Part shown: in pieces, positions 14,932 through 20,843 of the stretch | Layout of the letters: every line of letters begins with the position of its first letter | Numbering within the stretch: position 1 is the first letter of the stretch | NCBI GenBank assembly: GCA_030637655.1 | Contig: DAOWGI010000071.1 | Location: forward strand, 1-20,843 | Source: a candidate division FCPU426 bacterium | GTDB lineage: Bacteria > Oederibacteriota > JAAXVQ01 > JAUVAV01 | Direction: 5' to 3' | Length of the DNA stretch: 20,843 nt | Program-made: the position numbers and the translations under genes | Notes under the pieces: generated by a model | Database searches by the model: none | What the model was told of the DNA's origin: nothing | Seen by the model: only the letters and a program-made list of their open reading frames with translations

Positions 14932-17900
14932 ATGAAGTTTCGAAATTCAGTAAAAATCATAAGCGTGTTGATCTGTACAGTATTATGGCAGAATAGCGCA
15001 CAAGCTTACCATTTTGGGACAGCTTGGGATGAGTCAGATAGCAATGGCAAACCTTCAGATGCGCTTTATTTGGATGATGAAAAAGATCGGGGTTTAAATG
15101 CCCGCAATCTATATCTGCGTTGGAATCTATTTGAGTCCACTGGGGATAATCAATGGGATACTGGTTATATTAATCAAAAAAAGGCTGAACTGCGGAGGTA
15201 TCGAGATCATGGTTTTGATGTTATTCTGCGAATTAATTTTTTTCCAGTGCCGGAATGGTATTTCCAAACCTATCCAAACGCGCGATTTAAAAATCAATAC
15301 GAGGTAGAATGGAAACCGGAAGTACATGGTCTGGATAAAGATGAAATAGACACTAGTGCCGCCAGTATCTGGCATAATCCAAGCACTAATCCATATCAGA
15401 ATCAATTTGATGAATATCTTTCACAAATCGTGACTGAGTTGGGCACTGATTTTCATGCTGTCTATTTATCTGCCGGACAGTACGGTGAAGTTTCTTATCC
15501 GGTTCATGTGTTGGATGCCAATGATGAAGGCCGCAGCGCTATACACCGCACTGAGGATTTTCAAGGCAACAATAATTGCTATTGGGCGTATGATACCAAT
15601 GCCAGAATTTCGCTGGCAGCTGCGTATGCAGGTGATGCACGGTTGCAGGAAATTCTGGATTTTAAACCAGCTCTGCCGGGAACCAAAGATCCTTTTGCCG
15701 GCGAACGAATAACCAATGGCGGATTTGAAGATAACTATTATCTCACCATGTTTACCGGTCCAGCTCAAGCCATTTCAGGCTGGCGGACATCCACCCTGGT
15801 TGCTATTGATCAACCTGGCAGTTGGCAGCTCACTATTGCAACCATAGGCAGTAATACTGGAGCACAGCATCTGCAGCTTGGGAGTCCTGGCGGAAATCAA
15901 TATTATCTGCACCAAGAAGTAAAAGTCGTAGCTAATCGCAGTTATACCTTGCAAGCTTATGTCAAAGGCTCAGGTGCCAATACTGCTGCGATTCGCTTGC
16001 GGCAAGTGGATGAGACAGGTACTATTCTTAATGAAACCGTGCTTGACTCAATTGCAACAACCTGGACACAAGTAAGCCGGAATATCACCATGCATAGCAA
16101 TGTTGTAAAAGCCTATGTGGATATCTATATATCCTCCGGCAGCGGCACGATTGAGATTGATGCACTGTCCTTAGATGATGGACAAGGAACTGATCATTAT
16201 GCAGCTGAAAAATACCTCGCTTGGTATCATCAAAGTCTGGTGGATTATATTAATTGGCTTATTCCAGTAGTGCGAGGAAAATTTGCGAATTCGAAACTCT
16301 TTTTAATGGAAGGTGGGTATGCTGCTTTAGCTGGTGATATTGAACAAGAAGTTCAGGATGATTTGATGGCGACTAGTAAGAACAACTATTGGGTTAGACG
16401 TGGATTAGTGCCGGACCGCTATTTAGCTGGTATCACCCCTGCCAATCGAGCTAATTTATATTTTTTAAATACAGCCATGCAGCTTGATCAACGCGCTTAT
16501 GGTGAAATAGCTTGGGAAACCAGCGCTCTTTACACTGATTATTCACCGCCTCATTATTTTGCCATGCTGGCGGATAAATACAGTTTAGGCAAATACGGTG
16601 AAAATGCCGGCAAAGATTGGTATGTAGGCATGCAGGCTGCCTTTAAGAACATGGCCGAGTATGGGTATGAAGGACTAGCCTGGTATACTGCCGGTTACTT
16701 ATTTGAACCATGCAATAATTACGCGGATATCAAGCAATACGCAGATAAGATTGCAGAATATAATCTGCTTCCAGCCAAATCAACTACCGGAACTTCGGCG
16801 GCGCCGCTTGTCACAGGCTGGGAAGGAGATACGGAACCTCGAGGGTATGACAATATTTATGAAGCCAAAAGTAATGTGGAAACCTATGCTGAGGAAGAAT
16901 ATGCTTTTCCTCTGTCTACGCGTGCTTATTCAGGGAACAAGGGAGTACCGGCTTTTACAGATAATCAATACTTAGTCGTGGCCGGTCATGCTACCGCCAA
17001 TTCAGCGTATTGCTATTCCTGGCTTTTCAATGACGTACTCATTTCTTATCATAATATTAAAATTGAACCTGGCATGAAACTGCGTTATCGTATTTATCAT
17101 TTGGAAGGAGATAAAATAGGTGATGGGAACCGCTGCGTGGGTATTGATTTTATGCATACTGCTGAAGGGGCTGATCCTAATGTGCCGGAAAATCGTGCTT
17201 ATTTCCGGGATTCAGGATTAGAAGATCAAGCTGGTGTGCCCGTACATCCGGATGCGCGTCATGTCACTGCCAATCCTGCCAATACCTGGAATGATGTGGC
17301 AGTGGATCTGAGCAGTCTGCAGGATCGTATCATTCATCAAGTATTCGTTGTTTTTGATGATAAAAACACGTCATCTCACGGAACTTATTATCGTGCCTAT
17401 ATCGATGATTTGCGTTTTGGTGATCCGTCTGCTGGTTATGAAGAACATTTTACCGGACCTGCTAACGAAATACCTGCCGGCTGGATTGAACGCAGTAGCA
17501 ATGTCACACTCAGGAGAGATGGGATCACGCATGCCCAAACCAAGCTGGTGAATGCAACCTTTGGTGATGTTGAAGGTCCTTTGGTAGCTGATTATGATGA
17601 CACACAATACGATGCTATTGAATTTAAGATAACTAATATGACTGCAGGCGCGTATTTTGATTTTGGTCTGCAGCAGCACCGCGAAGGACGAGAGTATTTG
17701 TATACTGACCGCTTCAGTCATTTGGATGTTCCGGGTACATACCGAGTACGCTTTTCTGCGATTGCCACGACCGCGGATGTTTCCTCCATTTCAACAATCT
17801 TTTGGTTTAACGGACAGACAGGTCATACAGCTGATCTTGACTACATAAAATTAGTTCAACATCCGCCTGTTCCTGTAGCAACGCTTTCTCCGCAGGGGTG

Positions 17901-19779
17901 GGTTGAGGAGTTTGACGGTGCAGTCAACGAAACGCCTGTTGGTTGGCGTGACCGAAAAGCTTGGGGTGAATACAACGCTAGGATTGAGCAGAATGGCAAT
18001 GGTCAGGCTGTGATTACACTTGGCAATTTGAATACCTATGGTGATGTAGTGTCTCCGGTTATTATGAACCTGAATGCAACTGTGTTCAATGCTGTAGAAA
18101 TCAAGCTGGAAGACATTTCCGAAAAAACACATCTGGATATTGGTTTGCAGGAGGAAGGTGGGCAACAACGTTATTTTTCATTATTTAGCGGATTGTCGCA
18201 AGGCGGGGTACAGCGTGCATATTTAGCAGATATTCAGGGTAATCCTGACTATTCCGGATTTTCAATAAAAGTATGGATCAACGGACAGACTGGAAGCTGC
18301 ACTAAGATTGATTATCTCCGTATTTGTGAATCCGGTGCGCAAGGTTTTTCAGACCATTTTACCGGTCCTGCTGATGAAGTGCCGGTTGGCTGGAATGTGA
18401 TCAATAATGCAAGCTTTACTAATGACGGAAGCACTTTAGCGCGCTTAACCTTGCAGAATGCCACTAATTCGGTGGGCACGGTGCAGTCCTCAGTCATTCG
18501 AAATCTGGATTTGGATATATATAATACACTGGAAATCAATGTGCACAGCGTGGGACCGAGTTTTTATGCGGTGTATGTGACGATGATAGAAGAAAATGGT
18601 GGAATGTGGAGCGGCCCCGGCATCTACGGACCAGGGACCAAACATATTAGAATTAATGACCAGCATCATATTGACAGGGGGTATATGGATCCGAGAGCCT
18701 TTTCTGTCCGGGTAGACCTGCTGGCCTATGAAGCAGGGGATTATGTTAATATTGATTCAGTCCGGATTATTCGGGAAGATCAGGTAAGCACACCAACTAT
18801 TACTACATTTACACCGACTTTTACGTTCACTGCAACACCGACTACTACCATGACAGCTACACCCACAATAACACCTACACCACTGACTCCGCAAAAATTA
18901 TTTGCCTGGCCGGAAAGCGGGATCATTATGTATCCTGATAAAGCGCAGAGTGTCTTGGCGGTTTCAAAATACGCCGGAGTGTGCCAACCCAATATTCGAG
19001 TGCATTACGAAGTTGTTCGCGGGTCCGGTATGTTTGGCGATTTTCAAGAGACTTACACAAGTACAGGTCCGGCAGGTGAACGGGCAAGCGTGATTTTTAC
19101 TGCCTCCAGCCAGGTTTGGTATCTTAATATTATTCGTGTAGATAATCAGGGATTAGGGTACGGATTTCAAGGCCGCTGCTATATACCCATCGTTGTGATA
19201 CCAGAACAATGCAGTGGAGCCGGCGCTGATGGATCAACGGAAAGCACTGTTGAAAATGTGAGTTATCCTACTGAGGAAGAGGCGCGAACTGCAGGAGAAG
19301 AAATATTGAATGGGGAAATGCAAGCTGCAGGTGTAATTGATCCCCCACCGGAGACATTTACGTCAACTCCCACAGTAACACCTACGAATACACCCACAGT
19401 TACAGTCACGTGGACACCGACGCCGACTAAAGAAGCGGCAACAGCAACCTGTACATCCACTCCAACCATGACGCCTACTACCATGCCCTGGCTTAAGCCG
19501 GAAAAAGTCCTGGCTTACCCGCAGCCTGCCAAGGGTAGTGTGATCTTTGCCTACAACATTGCCGGTCAGGTGAAAGTGGTCATAGATATTTATTGCGTTA
19601 CCGGTGAACGCATAGCGCATATTGAGGAGCATAAAGACGGAGGAACCGGGCAGACATTAAGAACGCAATGGGATGCTTTGGATATCGCGCCGGGTATTTA
19701 TATTTGCCGGATTGTAATAAGAAATCCGGGTGGTAAGGTGATATTAAACCGGAATAAGAAGGTGGCCTTGATACAATAA
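14932..19779 (+). CDS. Large secreted multidomain putative glycoside hydrolase, 1615 aa: GH14/GH42-like barrel with inserted CBM4/9-like domain, four further beta-sandwich modules, Pro/Thr linkers, Ig-like domain, T9SS type-A-like C-terminal domain
   Basis: Signal peptide ending AQA. LRWNLFES..WD..GFDVIL..PEW; GQYGEVSYP; YWAYD; YLAWY; YGENAG. ITNGGFED..IDALSL insert. Two TPT-rich linkers. Terminal LAYPQP..IDIY..TGE..WD..APGIY..KKVALIQ. SD GGGGAGGT. Confidence 0.85.
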   Translation: MKFRNSVKIISVLICTVLWQNSAQAYHFGTAWDESDSNGKPSDALYLDDEKDRGLNARNLYLRWNLFESTGDNQWDTGYINQKKAELRRYRDHGFDVILRINFFPVPEWYFQTYPNARFKNQYEVEWKPEVHGLDKDEIDTSAASIWHNPSTNPYQNQFDEYLSQIVTELGTDFHAVYLSAGQYGEVSYPVHVLDANDEGRSAIHRTEDFQGNNNCYWAYDTNARISLAAAYAGDARLQEILDFKPALPGTKDPFAGERITNGGFEDNYYLTMFTGPAQAISGWRTSTLVAIDQPGSWQLTIATIGSNTGAQHLQLGSPGGNQYYLHQEVKVVANRSYTLQAYVKGSGANTAAIRLRQVDETGTILNETVLDSIATTWTQVSRNITMHSNVVKAYVDIYISSGSGTIEIDALSLDDGQGTDHYAAEKYLAWYHQSLVDYINWLIPVVRGKFANSKLFLMEGGYAALAGDIEQEVQDDLMATSKNNYWVRRGLVPDRYLAGITPANRANLYFLNTAMQLDQRAYGEIAWETSALYTDYSPPHYFAMLADKYSLGKYGENAGKDWYVGMQAAFKNMAEYGYEGLAWYTAGYLFEPCNNYADIKQYADKIAEYNLLPAKSTTGTSAAPLVTGWEGDTEPRGYDNIYEAKSNVETYAEEEYAFPLSTRAYSGNKGVPAFTDNQYLVVAGHATANSAYCYSWLFNDVLISYHNIKIEPGMKLRYRIYHLEGDKIGDGNRCVGIDFMHTAEGADPNVPENRAYFRDSGLEDQAGVPVHPDARHVTANPANTWNDVAVDLSSLQDRIIHQVFVVFDDKNTSSHGTYYRAYIDDLRFGDPSAGYEEHFTGPANEIPAGWIERSSNVTLRRDGITHAQTKLVNATFGDVEGPLVADYDDTQYDAIEFKITNMTAGAYFDFGLQQHREGREYLYTDRFSHLDVPGTYRVRFSAIATTADVSSISTIFWFNGQTGHTADLDYIKLVQHPPVPVATLSPQGWVEEFDGAVNETPVGWRDRKAWGEYNARIEQNGNGQAVITLGNLNTYGDVVSPVIMNLNATVFNAVEIKLEDISEKTHLDIGLQEEGGQQRYFSLFSGLSQGGVQRAYLADIQGNPDYSGFSIKVWINGQTGSCTKIDYLRICESGAQGFSDHFTGPADEVPVGWNVINNASFTNDGSTLARLTLQNATNSVGTVQSSVIRNLDLDIYNTLEINVHSVGPSFYAVYVTMIEENGGMWSGPGIYGPGTKHIRINDQHHIDRGYMDPRAFSVRVDLLAYEAGDYVNIDSVRIIREDQVSTPTITTFTPTFTFTATPTTTMTATPTITPTPLTPQKLFAWPESGIIMYPDKAQSVLAVSKYAGVCQPNIRVHYEVVRGSGMFGDFQETYTSTGPAGERASVIFTASSQVWYLNIIRVDNQGLGYGFQGRCYIPIVVIPEQCSGAGADGSTESTVENVSYPTEEEARTAGEEILNGEMQAAGVIDPPPETFTSTPTVTPTNTPTVTVTWTPTPTKEAATATCTSTPTMTPTTMPWLKPEKVLAYPQPAKGSVIFAYNIAGQVKVVIDIYCVTGERIAHIEEHKDGGTGQTLRTQWDALDIAPGIYICRIVIRNPGGKVILNRNKKVALIQ

Positions 19780-19967
19780 TATTGCAGGGAACAGTCCCCC
19801 AACCGAATGGATAGCTATAGAATGGGATTCCCTTCGGTTGCGACCCGTGGGGGCGGGTTTGCGACTGCAGAGAGTCTCTTTTCTTAAATAATTTTACCGA
19901 TCGGGGAAATCCGTCCTTTGCGTTTGAATTTAAAATCCAAAATAAATTATTGTAATAAGTGGGAATG

Positions 19968-19994
19968 GGGAATAGGATGTCTCTTCCTATTCCC
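19968..19994. terminator. Hairpin in the intergenic region, possible terminator
   Basis: GGGAATAGGA-TGTCTCT-TCCTATTCCC forms a perfect 10-bp stem followed only by a short ATTT tail. Confidence 0.35.
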
Positions 19995-20153
19995 ATTTAC
20001 CATGGTCGAATTGCTGGTTTCCTGCGCATTTCTGTGGTATACTTCAACTATAGAGAAATATTAGGAAGAGTATCTGTGAGCGTTAAGGTATAAGTTATGT
20101 TTTTTTGAAAAGCAGCGCAAATAAAGCGTTTTTGAAGGAAGTGATGATCAGAA

Positions 20154-20843
20154 ATGCAGCCTGTAAGATCGTTCCGAATTATTCTAATTATAGCGCTCTT
20201 GTTGGGAGCGCGCGTTGTTTGGGGCGCTGATATCTGGAGAGAAGATTTTGTAGGTTTTTTTTTATTACAACCTCCTGGATGGTCAGATGAAACCGAGGAC
20301 CCCGCCAGTGATGCCGAGATATTTTGTTCCTACACGCCATTTTATGCTGCAATTACCCGCACTGCTGAGGGCACTCAAGGCAGCGTTTTATCGCCTGAAA
20401 TAACCTGCAATGTGGCTAGTTATGGAAATATTAAAATTAGCATTATCAGTGTTAGCCCATCTGCCACATGGAAAATTAGTATTGTAAAAGGTGCTTCGAC
20501 CTGGCCTTTAAATGATTTTACCATGGATACCGGAGTCTTGGTTTACGATTATGCTGAGAAAACCGGCATGAAAGGAAGTAATACTTTTTATATTCAATTG
20601 ACCTTGCAGGGAGCAGCCGGGGAGAATATGGAAGTGGATTATATTAGTATTAATGATGAAGCGGCGCCTACACCAACCTTTACGCATACAGAAGAAGCAG
20701 TAGCCACACCAACCTTTACGCATACAGAAGAAGCAGTAGCCACACCAACCTTTACGCATACAGAAGAAGCAGTAGCCACGCCAACCTTTACACATACAGA
20801 AGAAGCAGTAGCCACGCCAACCTTTACGCATACTGAAGAAGCG
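20154..20843 (+). CDS. 5' part of a secreted protein that runs off the window and is absent from the ORF track: signal peptide, shared beta-sandwich module, 12-aa Thr/Pro/Glu repeats
   Basis: Hand translation is open for 230 codons: MQPVRSFRIILIIALLLGARVVWGADIWREDFVGFFLLQPPGWSDETEDPASDAEIFCSYTPFYAAITRTAEG..ISVSPSATWKISIV..EVDYISINDEAAP(TPTFTHTEEAVA)n. It aligns clearly with the kelch protein C-terminus. Confidence 0.9.
   Translation, partial: MQPVRSFRIILIIALLLGARVVWGADIWREDFVGFFLLQPPGWSDETEDPASDAEIFCSYTPFYAAITRTAEGTQGSVLSPEITCNVASYGNIKISIISVSPSATWKISIVKGASTWPLNDFTMDTGVLVYDYAEKTGMKGSNTFYIQLTLQGAAGENMEVDYISINDEAAPTPTFTHTEEAVATPTFTHTEEAVATPTFTHTEEAVATPTFTHTEEAVATPTFTHTEEA
20670..20843 (+). repeat. 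36-bp coding tandem repeat (TPTFTHTEEAVA), at least 4.8 copies, truncated by the window end
   Basis: ACACCAACCTTTACGCATACAGAAGAAGCAGTAGCC units start at 20670, 20706, 20742, 20778 and 20814 and differ only at synonymous positions. Confidence 0.97.

Noticed and set aside
19783-19869. tRNA or known riboswitch
   Set aside because: No TTC T-loop, no 7-nt anticodon loop or 7-bp acceptor stem, and no riboswitch consensus that I recognise.
20508-20831. 107-aa Cys-rich minus-strand repeat ORF (CMRKGWCGYCFF)n
   Set aside because: It is the antisense reading of the 36-bp repeat. The variation is synonymous in the + frame, which also has a signal peptide and a homologous domain.

Overview
Bacterial chromosomal window in which every credible gene lies on the + strand. 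From left to right: (1) a REP-associated tyrosine transposase (RAYT/TnpA-REP) with a 63-bp tandem REP array upstream, one REP in frame inside the gene and one REP downstream; (2) a YprA/MrfA/SftH-type DEAH helicase (DUF1998) fused to a YprB/MrfB-like DEDD exonuclease; (3) an intergenic 229-bp, probably nested, MITE with a 6-bp target-site duplication; (4) a three-gene unit encoding a protein with an MshEN-type c-di-GMP-binding motif inserted into a duplicated domain, plus two paralogous 3-TM proteins; (5) an apparent regulatory cascade: histidine kinase, then an NtrC-type enhancer-binding protein with atypical GAYTHA and Walker-B NE motifs, then a palindrome + IHF-like site + sigma54 promoter, then an ECF sigma factor, with two matching ECF-like promoters downstream; (6) candidate outputs: a 14-repeat kelch protein, a PorV/PorQ-like beta-barrel, a 1615-aa GH14-like multidomain protein with a T9SS type-A-like C-terminal domain, and a truncated secreted protein missing from the ORF track. 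Three of the secreted proteins share five copies of a ~145-aa module that I cannot assign to a named family. All family assignments come from motif recognition by eye; no database searches were run.
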